A stretch of DNA of 63,518 nt, the filler included, from Sphacelaria rigidula (Eukaryota): NCBI GenBank assembly GCA_964200075.2. It is 11 parts of 11 records of this genome, joined end to end, with 100 filler letters (N's around TTAATTAATTAA, not from the genome) between each part and the next. Parts side by side here need not be neighbours in the genome. Positions count along the whole stretch, not along the records: positions 1 to 5,684 come from CAXNAA020025272.1; positions 5,785 to 11,468 come from CAXNAA020025273.1; positions 11,569 to 17,252 come from CAXNAA020025274.1; 8 more parts are not named here. One strand, given 5' to 3'. Below, one piece after another: positions 1-12,665 of the stretch. The position numbers and the translations under genes are program-made. Below the pieces are notes generated by a model, which worked only from the letters and a program-made list of their open reading frames with translations, did no database searches and had not been told where the DNA came from. The stretch's first letter is position 1. The number at the start of each line of letters is the position of its first letter.

Positions 1-23
1 GGTGGGTGTGGGTTGTGGGGGGT

Positions 24-58
<35 letters not shown>

Positions 59-114
59 CGGCATCATTCAGATGTCGCATATTTATTAGAGGCTGTCATC
101 CATGCGCAAGGTAT

Positions 115-290
115 TCGGTATGCTTTGGGCTAAAGAGTCATCGCAGGATGCAGCTCACCCTTTATACGACTCGCCGAAACATCACGGCGCTTGGCGCTTG
201 GTGATTGATGACGAGCCTGCTCTGGCGAAAACCCGGCGTGCCGCGTCCCGGCTTGGTCGGGATGCGAGGCCAATGGTCATATGATTACCC
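115..290 (+). mobile_element. SINE-like family A copy (about 200 bp, LINE-related 3' end)
   Basis: Homologous to 2954-3152, 36437-36634, 36853-37058 and 57411-57612. Followed by a C-rich tract. Confidence 0.75.
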
Positions 291-2953
291 CCCTCCCCAC
301 CTCCCGCCTTCTCTCGTGTTTGTGTTGAGGACCAGAAGTAGCTGTTCGTCTGGAGTTTTTTTTCCCTTGTCCTTTTTTCCTCTCCTCTCATTGTCTTCTT
401 TTCTCCTTTTTTTCTTTCGTTTTTCAGTGTACTTTGTTCCCTCATTTTCTATTCACTTTCCTTGCAGTCTCGATTTTTCTCTGCAGTGTTTCCGTATTGT
501 AATCTCGGGTACGTCTTTTTTTTGTAACCACGATGAGATTTGAAGCGGATCGCCCACTGACTGATGATATTGCGATGAAGCAGTCGAGCACCCTCTCGGC
601 CTCGCCCTTCCACTTTCCCTTTCCCCCTCCGTTGACGAAAATACTACACAGGCATTTCGACGCATCACGGACAGCCCTTCTTTCGATGAAACGAGACCGC
701 TGGACGCGAAGGCCTTCCAGAGAAATTTCCTAGAAGCGTTTCCAACAATGGTGAGGAGTAGGAGTAGGAGTAGTAGTGGTGGTGGTAGTACAAGCTGAGG
801 TAGCTGACGGTGATTTTTGAATGTATGCTGGCGATTCGTTTGGTAGTTCGAAGAGTTTGGCGCTGAAATTGAAACTTTGACACGACATATTTATCATCAA
901 CTCGCGTAACATTCATGGGGGTGCAGGGGACAAAAATTAACAGCCAGGAAGTCAGGATATGACGAGTCCCCCTAGTTCAACCCCGAAAACGAAACCCCGA
1001 GGAGAGACATGGCCGGCAACTCAGATTGCGTCTAAAATTGTAAAATAGTCCCTGAGTGGTGAACCACTCGCAAGCGTTGGTGTTAGGCTTGCGACTGGGA
1101 AACGGAACTAGACACCCCGCCCCACAACGACCAAGATTAGAGAACACAGCCGTAGGACAAACATCCTACGTGGGGCGTCATTGGATGCCGTGGAGGTCCG
1201 GGACAGCGCTGGTGATGGCAGCTCGTTCACGAGGGTCACCCAAGACTACGAGGGAGACTTGGAGGCGAACGGGCGAGCCGAGACACCAGTCGACCTGGCT
1301 GAAGATGAGGCGGAAGTTGGCCTCTCACGCGGCCGCTCAGAGGACACGAATCAAATGGCCACCTGACGTCAAGCTTGCGTTAGACCGCTCGGGTACGCCA
1401 CCGTTGGGTGGCGATTTTGTCGATGTCCTCATAGTGGCTGCATAAGTGGCCGCCTTCCGCCCTTCCGCATCACCTTCAGCCAGGTCGACAGGTGTCTCGG
1501 CTCCCCCATCCGCCTCCACGCAGCTAGGATCAGTGCGTAGTGTATGTTGCTGACAATGAACGTACTTGCTCAACGTATGCACATGCACACACACAGGCAT
1601 GTGTACACTTATACTACAGACAGTATAGATCTGCATATGGTCGTCAGCGTCAGAATTATTCCGGGTTGTTTTAGGAATTTCTCGCGTACTACACTCCGAT
1701 AGAACTCGAAAGTGCTAGCGTTGGTAGATTTTGGTATAATAAACAGATCGTCCGCAAACACAGTGCGCAAGTTCGTGTTACTTGGTGTTATCGGGCGATA
1801 CGAGTAGATACCCCGTTTATCAGGAGGGTGTTATTGACTGTGAAACAGAGGTTTTCGGCTTTAGCGCAATGAGTAGGTAAAGTTTTTAAAAAACAATCCT
1901 TTGAGTTTCTGCACAATTACTATCGGAATAGGCTCGATCGATCTGAAGTGCCGAAGAGTCAAAATCTGGGCTAAAAAGTGGCAGGACCCTCGATGACCGG
2001 TCAGCCCGTGATTCACTCAACATTGAGTGCTGATGATTTTTTTTTCTTGGAATGTGGAGCGGATACGAGTATCTTCAGATCCCAAGTATGATGAGCAATG
2101 ACAAGCGAAAGAGCCTAAAAAATCGTCAATTACGAAGAACTTTCGAAATCACTAGTTCAGACGCCAACTACTTCACACCCCGGACAATATATGGTCAATA
2201 GATGGAATAGACGAGAGGTGTACTGCGTAAAGTATAGGACTATTGCAACTATTGCCGGCCGACAATAGGCGCGGTAGGCCTGTACTTTATGCTGTACGTT
2301 TTTGTATATTGCAACTATTGACCATGTATTGTCCAAGGTGTGAACTACCTATACAGACAGCGCAACAGCACAGTTCTCACAACTTGCACTAGTGCTGTAC
2401 CACACACCGACGGGTACAGGACTTCTAAATGACAAGCCGGCGCCGAGGTGCACTGCCTGTGTGCCGAGCGCTGCGTACTGTGCCGGGTTTGCGCCCAAAG
2501 GCTGTGTTGACGATGCTGCTGTCGCGTATTCAACGGTTCAGGGACAGCACAGACAACGGAATACATGCTTTTCCGCGCTGTAAGAGTAGCACTGCATGGG
2601 TAGGCGCAGAGTATACACGCAGAACAGCACGGCGCGACTTATACCTCTTCAACCCATGACACCGACCATGTGGCATTCGGAACAGAAAATAATGAACCCC
2701 TGAAAAAAAATATACGGTATACGAGCCAGTTAGTTATCAGTCACTTGTCGTGCTCAAGAAGCTTTCATCAAATGAGGTGGTGTGCAATATTTGGAGGTCC
2801 TGTGTATGATCCACTCTCTGCCTGTAGTGCTATCTTTTTCTTTTCTTATCCCGTATGCCCCTATATCGGCATGGATTTGTTGTTATTAGCGACTTGGATG
2901 CCTGCTCTGCCCCCCTCCCCCATTGTAGGCTTGTCATCCGTGTGCAAGGTGAT

Positions 2954-3152
2954 CAGTACGATTCAGGCTGAACAATCTTAGCAGGGTGCAGCTCACCGCT
3001 CACGTGACTTGCCGAACACATCACGGTTCTTCGCGCTTGGTGACTGATTGCAAGCCTGGTCCGGCGAAAACAAGGCGTGCTCTGTCTCGGCTTTGTAGGG
3101 ATGCGAGGTCAATAATCATATGACTATGGCATGCAAGATCATGAGTGCACCC
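2954..3152 (+). mobile_element. SINE-like family A copy
   Basis: cagtacgattcaggctgaacaatcttagcagg...atgactatggcatgcaagatcatgagtgcaccc, then a C-rich tract. Confidence 0.8.
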
Positions 3153-3244
3153 CTCCCCACCCCCCTCCGCCCTTCCTCTCCTTCCTCCTCCATCTGCTCC
3201 TCTTGGATTGTGTGTGCTCGACATGTACGTCGCATGTCATGTAG

Positions 3245-3382
3245 CCTAAAGTGCTGGCGGACGCGTTGTTCGATGCCTTCGGGGCGTCGCGGCGAGGAGC
3301 GATATCTCTGGAGGAGTTCATGTGCGCTGTGGCGGTCATGCACAGGGGTAGCGCGCCGGAACAGCTGCGGATGCTCTTTGAG
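3245..3382 (+). CDS. Exon of EF-hand protein (USP32-like N-terminal region)
   Basis: tgtag|...|gtgaag boundaries, 138 bp. Translates PKVLADALFDAFGASRRGAISLEEFMCAVAVMHRGSAPEQLRMLFE, an EF-hand-like pattern as in the USP32/calcineurin-B type. Confidence 0.8.
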
Positions 3383-3832
3383 GTGAAGTGACCCCCCCCC
3401 TCCCTCGTCCATGCTTTCTTAGTTTTTGTTCTGGTGTTGGTGTTTTTTACCCCCGCTTGTCGTTTTGTGTCTTGTTTTGTGTGTAGAACTTGTCATGAAC
3501 GTATCACCATATTTAATTTTTGGTGCTAGTGATCCCTTTTCCCCGTATCTCTAGGTTTACACGGGGGGTGTAATTCCATTCCTCCGAGCAACGAGAGGAT
3601 TCTGGTGAATGATGCTGCTTTGTAATATCAAATTCAGAACAGTTTTCAATACAGTTTGGGAGTAGCTTTGACCCCCCCCCCCCTCCTGAAACATATATCA
3701 TGAAAGCGCTACGCAAATCATAGAGCGGGTCGTAAAAAACAGTAGGGCACCTAACATCAAGTCTTGTCTCAACAAAATTATGTACAGTCAACATATTTAT
3801 CCCTGGTTCGTGTGATGAGAGTGACATTACTG

Positions 3833-3874
<42 letters not shown>

Positions 3875-4132
3875 GCCCCCCCACTGGCGCCACCGTGCCT
3901 ACCTTAGCTGCTGAAACTAAATAATAATAGCAAGGGTGATAATAATGGCGACGACGATGACGATGACGAATAGGAGTAATTTTATCATCAGCTGAAGTTG
4001 TTGTGTCGTTTTCCGTTCCCCTTCAGGTGTAACAATATCCTACGATTTCCTGCACTCGCCCCCCGCCGCCGCCCCTTCATCCCTTCATCCCTTCATCCCT
4101 TCATCCCTACCTTTCATCTTCACAATAAACAG

Positions 4133-4260
4133 GTGTATGATGTTCGGCGCGCGACATACATCGAACTGGTGCACGTGCGGCGCTTGCTGGACGCTATCTA
4201 CGGGCCGGACCACACGAAGGCGGTGGACGTTGCCCTCAGCTGGTTGTTCCGCGCCGCAAG
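4133..4260 (+). CDS. Next exon of the same EF-hand protein
   Basis: aaacag|...|gtaaaa, 128 bp. VYDVRRATYIELVHVRRLLDAIYGPDHTKAVDVALSWLFRAA continues the previous exon in phase 0. Confidence 0.8.
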
Positions 4261-4527
4261 GTAAAAGTTGGCAGGCCGAACGGCAAGCCAACCAGACCGC
4301 AAAAGACAAAGAAGGCAAATAATGGCTCTTGTTTGCTGTCTGCTCTGTTCTTTGCCGCACATTCACGCGCGTAAACGTAGTTCTCCGCCCCCAGCCTTCA
4401 GCAGAGGAGCCAGATGTGTACTGTGTAAGCCCGTGCGTTCGGCTACTCGGGTGCGTGCTTCCCTTTTGACGTGATTTGTCAAGAATACGAGTGCTTGTAT
4501 CCAATCCCCTCGGTTACCACACGCACG

Positions 4528-4562
<35 letters not shown>

Positions 4563-4623
4563 CGCTTACCGAAGGTGTCGTTCTTCGTATGCCCCACCAT
4601 CCCCACCGTCTGCCAAAAACTAG

Positions 4624-4822
4624 CCGAGACGACGAAATGGAAGTGGGTGAATTTATCGATCGTCTGACCCCGACGGTCGTTCTCCGGGGGACGCCGGCGT
4701 CGGCGTCCGCAGAGCCTCTGCTGAGATGGTTCCGGACACTGTGCACGCGAATTTTGGAGGAGCCGCACCCAGCAGTCGTGAAGTTAGAGCAGCGGTACAA
4801 TCCGGATCGGGGCCTGCGCGAG
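4624..4822 (+). CDS. Third exon of the same protein
   Basis: actag|...|gtgtgt, 199 bp. The phase-2 junction matches (AG+C=Ser), giving RDDEMEVGEFIDRL...PLLRWFRTLCTRILEEPHPAVVKLEQRYNPDRGLRE. Confidence 0.75.
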
Positions 4823-5297
4823 GTGTGTGTTCATACTTATTGTCGTGGTGGTACATAACGGTAGTATAATAGTTGTCGTAGCAGCAGCAACAGCGGCGGC
4901 AGTTTTGCGCTGCCTGCGCGAGGTTGTGCCGTGAGTGCTTGTGTTTTTGTGTATGGTTTGATAACCGAGACGTTGTAATTGTACTTACAGGAACGTTCCT
5001 GCAGTCAGGAGTCAGCAGTCAGGTACACGGAAGGGGAGAGGGAGGGAGTGTACTCATGATCATGCATGCCACAGTCATGGAGGGGGAGGGGGAGGGGGGG
5101 GGGGAGGGTAGTTCCGCAAATGGGGGCTCCGGGGTCAGTGGTTTGAAAAATGCCTTGTTTCCCCACCCAAAGAGACCAACAGTGCATTTCATCTTCCTCG
5201 AGAACCGTTCCGGAATGGACCGCCTTTTGGCCAAGGATTATTTTTTTTAATCTCTCACACAGACACGCGCGCGCACCCACCCCACCACTCTCTCCAG

Positions 5298-5399
5298 GTT
5301 CAAAGAAAGTACAGGCTATCGGAGCAGTTGGTGAAGACTCTTCGTAGCCGACACAGGGATATATGCGAAAGGACCTCCACCAATGCTCTTGATGCACAG
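5298..5399 (+). CDS. Fourth exon of the same protein, with probable GC donor
   Basis: ctctccag|...cag|gcgagt, 102 bp in phase 0. VQRKYRLSEQLVKTLRSRHRDICERTSTNALDAQ loosely resembles the USP32 segment preceding its second EF-hand pair. Confidence 0.6.
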
Positions 5400-5598
5400 G
5401 CGAGTTGCGGGAAATAGTGAGGAGTCGTTTCGTAGCATGAAGGAAAATGAAACGATGTAGTATTCACAGTGAATATTGAAGGTCCTGTCATAGTGCGGTC
5501 AACATCAATTTCCTCAAGTCTGATCATTATACCCGTGTAGTGTGGGTCCCTCTAAAGTGCGGTCATGTCGGGCTTCGAATGCATCGCACTAGACACGC

Positions 5599-5629
<31 letters not shown>

Positions 5630-5684
5630 CCCCAAAACCACCCAAACGCCCGCTCGAGGACAGGATAACACGACGAACGGGATG

Positions 5685-5784
5685 NNNNNNNNNNNNNNNN
5701 NNNNNNNNNNNNNNNNNNNNNNNNNNNNTTAATTAATTAANNNNNNNNNNNNNNNNNNNNNNNNNNNNNNNNNNNNNNNNNNNN
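5685..5784. other. Artificial scaffold-joining linker, first of ten (others start at 11469, 17253, 23037, 28821, 34604, 40387, 46170, 51953, 57736)
   Basis: Each is exactly 100 bp: 44 N, TTAATTAATTAA (stops in all six frames), 44 N. Confidence 0.98.
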
Positions 5785-6585
5785 CCCCTCCTGCTCATCT
5801 CCCGCACAGACTCCATAGCGTCGCAATCTGTGGATCAGGTTTACTAGATGAAGAAGCTTCGCAATATGTGACTATCACCTCTCTTCAAACCCGACACGCG
5901 TGCCCGCCACAGGTGTCTCCGCTGCTCATATGCGCCTCGATATATTGGAACATGATCGGAAGTTTGTGTTATCAGTAAAAGATTAGACTATGATCATAGC
6001 TTTGGACTGGCAGTTTGGAATATGGCCTGAGCCGTACGGTGGTAATATCCAAACCGGCCGAGGACCGCTGAAACGCCGACGCGCCTGTTTCAGCGTGTGG
6101 CGATCTAAGGTAGACCTATCATAACGGTTCCCACATAGACCGTGAACGCTGTACAAATCTCAGATTGAGGTCGTGGGGCAACATACAACTGCATCACACG
6201 TACTCTACAGCTGAACTGTAGATTGAGAGTAATCGCTCGGCTGGCCAGCCCGACTGACGCTTTGCGCCGCGTACACAGGGTATGTATGGCATGTACATAT
6301 CCTTCGGCCGGGTGCGTAAGGACCAGGTAGTCCACCAAGGCACTACAGTGTGCCCGACACACGCTCTGCCGTATGCAAAGGGTATGTCATACATAACCTT
6401 CGGCCGGGTAGGCACGGATCAGGTAGTCCACCACCGCACTACACTGTGGTAGACCGCGATCGCATTCCGATACGGTACTTGCACGACCGTCTCGTGTGTC
6501 GGACAGGCGAGGGGTGTCGTCCATGCGTATATGATATGGATATGCAAGATGTGCACTGGAGAGCCCATCCGCCACCGAGAGATGG

Positions 6586-6644
<59 letters not shown>

Positions 6645-6980
6645 CTGTCATCCCGTCCACTATGGACGCGAGTTTCTACACTTCCCGGTATTTATGTGCT
6701 CGTGTCAACTGGGGTCACACCGGAGGGTCAACACAGGAGGAAGGTCAACACATGAGTTGTTTTTGTTCTTGCACCCCGCCTTCCCCCTGCAGCACTGGCC
6801 TTGTTCTTATCATGAGAAGGGTTCAGCGGTCCCTTTCCCTCGTCGACAGTGAAGTCGAACTATGGGTACCCACGACGCAGTCGTTCTCTGCTGTTCGGCA
6901 TTATGTGATTAATCAATTCCCAGATCAAGTGGCTTCACCGAAATTCGAACCCGCGCCCCAACCATGAGAAGGTTTCGAGG
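6586..6980 (-). mobile_element. tRNA-derived SINE family C with (CA)n tail
   Basis: Reverse complement aligns with 58100-58466. The long (GT)n at 6586-6642 is the tail, and a B-box-like ggttcgaatt lies near 6945. Confidence 0.75.
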
Positions 6981-7534
6981 AATATCCGAAATGGAACGTC
7001 GACTACCTTTTGATGGTGACAGTATTACTTGTCGATTGCCGACAGACGGTCGCACATCGTGTCAAGGCTTTAACAGGGGATTCCGAAGTATTGAAAGGAA
7101 GGAACTGAAATATTGGAAGGAACTCCTCTTAGGCCGCTGCTCACGGCGGACGAAATTAGAATCGGGAAAAGTGCCTTTTCGGAGTTTTCACGTCGTATTA
7201 CTCCCCAAGATGGACCTGGTTCGACTTTGACGCCCTACACTTTTCTCGGAGACCGGTGAAGTCCAGGCAAATCTCGGAAAAAATCGGGACTTGATCGGTC
7301 TACGAGAAAAAAGAGCGGTCTCCGAATGAAACACAAGTTTGGGCAAGAAAAAAAACAGGTCCACCGGGGAAACGCACAGGTGTGCTATAGTAGAACCTTC
7401 TTACCGAGTACAACGAGGCATGCCAACGTGTCCAAATTCGCCTAGCTCTCTCTATGGTGTAAGACGACATGAATGGTCTACAAAGGCACTTTTCCAGATT
7501 TCATTTTTTCTACCCTACGGAGCGGCCTTAAAAA

Positions 7535-8310
7535 CAAGAACATTTCCTTAGTCTCGAAATCAGGCCAAAAAGTGTCTCACCCGCCCGTCCCGCTGGTGTC
7601 GATTCTTCTCTTCCCAATCTCGATTTCGTCGCGGCTTCGTTTTATCTCTCGACCTCATTTTTTTCCCGGCCTCGATTTGTTTTACCCTCCACCACTCCCT
7701 TCATCCCCAGCCGCGGTTGATACATTTTGCGGTGCTCGGGGTTGTGCGAAAACGTACCTCCTATGGCGCTTTGATGCTCACCTTGTGCTGGGGTTCCTGT
7801 ACTGTCTGCCGTCTGCCTTCGAAGGTACTTTCTAGAAGTGTAGACGTGCTTCAACTGGTGGGGTGTGAAGCACCTTACATGAGACGATAGTTTTATCTTG
7901 GTGGAATTTTGCGGGAAGTGGTACCTCGCTGATGTACCGTTGAGTAGCCTCTCAAACTCCTGGGATGGCTCTTCACCATGTCAAGCTCTTTTTTGTGTGA
8001 GGTTTCTTACTTTCAACGTGTCGCACGCGTCTACTCTACTAGAATCTGCCGTCGAAGGCAGAGGGCAGGCAGCACAGAAACCCCAACAAAAGCTGGTCCA
8101 TGCAAATCGCCATAGGGGGTATGATTACGCACAAGTCCGGGCACCGTAAGATGTAAAGAGCGCAACCGGGGTAGGAGAGGGGTGGCGGCGAGAAAAAGGG
8201 ACAAAGGAGGTAGAATAAAAAACAAATAAGATTGAGAAAAAACGACGCCGTTGGGACGGGGGGTAAGGTATCTGTTGGCCCGATTTAAGTCCCCCAAGAT
8301 ATTTTCGTTC
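7535..8310. repeat. Long diverged inverted repeat (foldback/MITE-like), arms about 320 bp
   Basis: 7535-7860 is the reverse complement of 8010-8310, e.g. gtgctcggggttgtgcg...ctatggcg versus cgccatag...cgcacaagtccgggcac. Confidence 0.75.
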
Positions 8311-8941
8311 CCACAGGGAAAGTCTGCTCCCATTCTTAAGGACTCCCTGTTCTACGATCAGTTCTCTGTTGCAACGAATATGTATATATTTCGGACACTG
8401 GTTCACTGACCACAAAGAGTTTGTAAAATTTGTGTTGAGGACTTTGATCGAGACATTGACCGCAATGCACAGATCTGCATCTGAAGAGTAGTTGAATACC
8501 TTTGACCGGCAAGGTTGGCGATCTAGGCGTGACATCCATTTCTCAAGTGTCAATGATGCCGATTCAACATGAGCTGCCCTGAAGACGGAAGGGTCAAGAC
8601 ACGGATTCACCTAACATGCCCAGCTATACATTTTTTAATCGATATGATAGCTGATCAAATGCCATGGGGGAGAGAGGTGGTGGACCCATGATCTCGAGTG
8701 GTGTGGTCATATGACCGTTGACCTTGAATCCTTGTAAAGCCGGGATGGAACACTCCGGGTTTTCGGCGGACCAGACTCACACGGAGGGCGGGGGCGAGGG
8801 GGGGGGGGGGGGGGGGCCTCATTTTTTTGTTGCCATAGCGGTTTTACCATTCCCCCCCCNNNNNNNNNNGGAACGAGTCGGTGGTAGTTGCTCGACCTGG
8901 CAGCGGCGGGGGGGGGGGCCGCAGGGGCGGAGGGGCGGTCC

Positions 8942-11295
8942 GATACTCATTTGTTGCTTGCCTTAGTCGTTTAACCATTGACCACGCATCCCTTTCGAGA
9001 CGGAGTACCATTCCTACTCCTAATAGAGACACCTCCGACATTCCAGGGCTCATTACGGTTCTTCCATACTTTACATAAAACCTTTGACATACCTTATCCC
9101 CGTCCTCTTTCGCCGTCTGTGACCACCATCTATTTCCTGGTATAACCATCGTTTTCTCGCTACTGCGTCATGCATCGAACGATTTCATGCTACCTTCGTT
9201 CACGTCCCGTATTCCCCCCTCTAGCACGTCCCGTTCCTCCTTGTATAGTTCACAGCTTTCAACTCTACGACGACTTCTGATTTCTATTGCTCTACCGCAG
9301 AGGCAGTTCTGTCCATCTACTTCCTCCTCCACGCGACTGCTGGTATATCTCCTTCTTATTTCTGGCAGGTCTAGGTCCCCCACCCGAAATCGCAGTTTCC
9401 ATTTTTTCGCAGCGTCCATGGGGCCATGCAGATATGTTTTCATTCCGATCCCTCTCTCAACCCCCCGTATATCTCCAGGTGCTCTTCCTAGTCTACTTTG
9501 CGTCTGCGCGCTTTTTCCCTTAGATCCATCATATCTCTTACTTTTGTCTTGTACCCCGCGCCCTCGCCTATGGACAGTATTTCGTCTTGATTTCCGCCCA
9601 TCTCCTTCCATACTTTCTCGACTTCTCTATCCCACCTTATAACACGCCCTTTCGTACTTTTCTTCCATACAGCTCTATTAACTATGGCGGGCAATCTCTT
9701 TCTCTGCATGTTCTTCATGCTATATTGCCACCTCATTTTCCTCATGCCTCTGTTTGTTTCAAGTGAGTACATTCCCAACTCTGCTCTCAGTGCTGTATTA
9801 TTGGTCGTTTTCGAGCATCCAAGTATCTTCTTAGCTGCTGCCATCTGTACTATTTCCAACCTCTCCACCAATTTCACGCTCCCGTCCCATACTTCTCCTG
9901 CATATTCCAGCTTTGGTACGATCACGTTCATCAGGATGCATCTCTTAATCCTAGTGTCTAGGTACGAATCACTGGAGGCCACGTCTATCCTCCCATCCTT
10001 CCTATCGGGGCCTGACCCTTTTCTATTACTATATTGATGAGTACGTCCCAAGAACAGTGTTTTGAATTCTATACGCCAAGATATGTACACTGGTCTACGA
10101 TCGGCAGTTCCTCTTCTCCCCACTCCCACTTGAACTCTACGGGATTTGTTTTCATCTTCGATACGGACGAGTACCACGCATTTGTTAACATTCGCTGTCA
10201 CTTTTCATTTCCTAGTGTATTTTAGCGCCTTTTCTACCTGTTTTTGCAATCCTTCTGCTGTTCCTGAAATCCCCACAAAATCACCTGCGAACATCAAACT
10301 GAATATCACATCTTCACCCACCTTGACTCCTTGATTTGCTGCTTCTATTGCTATTATCAAGTCATTAATGAATACCTTGAACAAAGTGGGTGATACTGTG
10401 CATCCTTGTGCAACTCCTCCTAACGTATATAAATATTTGGGTATTTCCCCGTCTAGCATCATGGCACTCTTGGGCCCATTTTGTCATCTTCTTCACCATT
10501 CTCCAAATCTTCCCTCTGATCCTAGTTTCCCTCAGCTGTTTCCACAGCCCATTTCTCCATACTGTGTCATAAGCCTTTTGCAAGTCCAGCAAGAAACAGT
10601 ACGTTGTCAGCCCGGGGTCTTTCTTACCTTGAATAATCTTACCTAATGTGTACACATGATTTACGCAACTACGGTTTGGTCTGAAACCTGCTTGTCCCTC
10701 GCTGATCTTTTCCTCCTTTCCTAGCACCGTTCCTGCTCCATCATTCAAAATCTTGCTGAACGTTTTCCCCACCGTGCTCAGTGGCGTTATCCCTCTGTAC
10801 TCCCCTGGGTCAGCCTTATCTCCCTTTTTGAAAAGGTTGACTACTACTGCTTTCCTCCACCTCTTGGGCGTGTACTCGTTATCCCACATCCAGTTGTACA
10901 GATTAGCCACCCTGGTGATCATTCCTGCCCCCCCATGCTTCAGAAATCCACTCACTATTCCGTCCGCCCATGCTGCCTTTTTTTCTTGAGCTTTAGCTAC
11001 GCACTCCTTTACTTCATCTCTGCTCAATTCTCTCTCCAGTTCTTTCGAGCCACTATCCTCCCGTTTTGACGTCTCTACATTTGCTTCTGCCCACTCGTTG
11101 ATCTATTTTTCGAATTCCGTGTCGAACTTCGTGTTAGTGTTTAGTGTTCCTAGTTTACGGTAGTGCTCGACTAGCACTTCTCTCTTCCCATTCGAACTGC
11201 TGACCATTTTACCGTTCTGTGCCCGGTGTGTGGCTATCCCGTTGTCTACCTTTTTTGCCCGGTTTCCCATAATCCCTTTTATCCCTTCCCACATT
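8942..11295 (-). mobile_element. 5'-truncated, frameshifted non-LTR retrotransposon (LINE): RT domain and C-terminal Cys motif
   Basis: Minus-strand fragments contain YRGITPLS, QAGFRPNRSC, LDLQKAYDTVWR, GVAQGCTVSPTLF and MFAGDF (decayed F/YADD), plus LEYAGEVW and a C-x-C zinc-knuckle remnant. Split over at least 5 ORFs. Confidence 0.95.
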
Positions 11296-11297
11296 TA

Positions 11298-11378
11298 ACA
11301 GTGGATTCTAGAAAATGGGGTTAATCTAAAAAATGAGGTTGAAGTGACATTTCTCTTTTGCAGGGAAGACACCAAACA
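11298..11378 (+). repeat. Dispersed repeat B (probable DNA-transposon terminus)
   Basis: aacagtggattc...ggggtt...aaaaaatgaggttgaag...tgcagggaaga. Reverse-complement copies at 11569-11645, 34704-34759 and 41105-41180. Confidence 0.65.
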
Positions 11379-12448
11379 CTTACGACCGAGCGAAGACATC
11401 TTCCCTCCCAAATGTCCGCAGCAGTTAAGTAGCTGTGGCTAGGTGCACCTAACGAATGCGGTGTACACNNNNNNNNNNNNNNNNNNNNNNNNNNNNNNNN
11501 NNNNNNNNNNNNTTAATTAATTAANNNNNNNNNNNNNNNNNNNNNNNNNNNNNNNNNNNNNNNNNNNNGTATCTTCCCTGCAATAGAGAAATGGGACTTC
11601 AACCTCATTTTTTGTTTCAACCCCAAAAGTTAGGATCAGCTGTTGTGTGTGTACAGAACAATGGCACAAATGTATGATACCGTCTGTACCATGAAACGGT
11701 CCCCCCGATTTTGAGTAAGCGAATTTGCGGCCCCGTCTAAACAAATCGAGATTCGTTGCCATAAAAGATGGTCTTATACGTCGTCTCATTGACGGGCAAC
11801 AGTGATCTCTACACTTTTTCTTCATACTGTCGATACTGTCATATTTCTTCATGGGGAGTCCTTGGTTCTGCAGGATCAGTGTCTTCTGCATCGCTAAGAT
11901 TCTTGATTTTGGGTCAACTCTTGTCCATGTTTGAAGGTTGAAATGAGTTCATTTTGGGCAGATATCTCAGACGCAGGATGGGTGGAGAATGGCGTAATTC
12001 TCTAGTTCTGTACGATCAGCGTCTTCTGCCTCGTTTTGATTCTTGATTCTCGTTCGGGGTTTGCCGTTTTTCCAAGGTTAAATACGTTCATTCGCGTGGA
12101 TTCCTCGGACGGAGAATGGGTAAAGCTTCACGGTTATCTTTTTAGTTGTGCAGGACCAATGCCTTCTCCATCGTTTCGGCTCTTTTTGGTGAGGTTTTAT
12201 CGTCGCCGACGATGTTTGAAAGTTCAAAGAGGCGAAATGAAGAGAACGAGTTATATCTGAGCCTTATCTTCTCCTCTCAGCACTTCTCCATGTGGGCGAC
12301 GGCCGCTGCCGGTAGCAACACTCCTCATTCCCCTTTGTCTTGGGAAACGCTCCATTAAGCGGTGGCGCGAAGCGCCAGAAACCTTGTAACAAATATATTT
12401 TTTTCCTTTTTCGCCGTTGACGAGACTTGGACGCAGGTGCACTCTTTC

Positions 12449-12665
12449 CACTTGATTTTAGAGTACGGCTAAACGGGGTCATTACGTCGTTCCCAGAAGC
12501 TCTGAGAGGCCAGCATTTGCTCACACTTGATTTTAGAGTACGGCGAAACGGGGTCATTCGGTAGTTCTCAAAAACTCAGAGAGGCCAGCATTTGCTCACA
12601 CGTGATTTTGAGTACAGCGAAAGGGGATCATTTCGTTCTCTCAAGCTCTGACAAAGCAGCATTGC
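12449..12665. repeat. 75-bp tandem repeat, about 3 units, plus a partial copy at about 12800-12865
   Basis: Units start at 12449, 12524 and 12599 (cacttgattttagagtacggc...). Confidence 0.85.

Noticed and set aside
11298..11645. Inverted pair of repeat B forming one small element
   Set aside because: The two copies lie on different scaffolds either side of an artificial linker.
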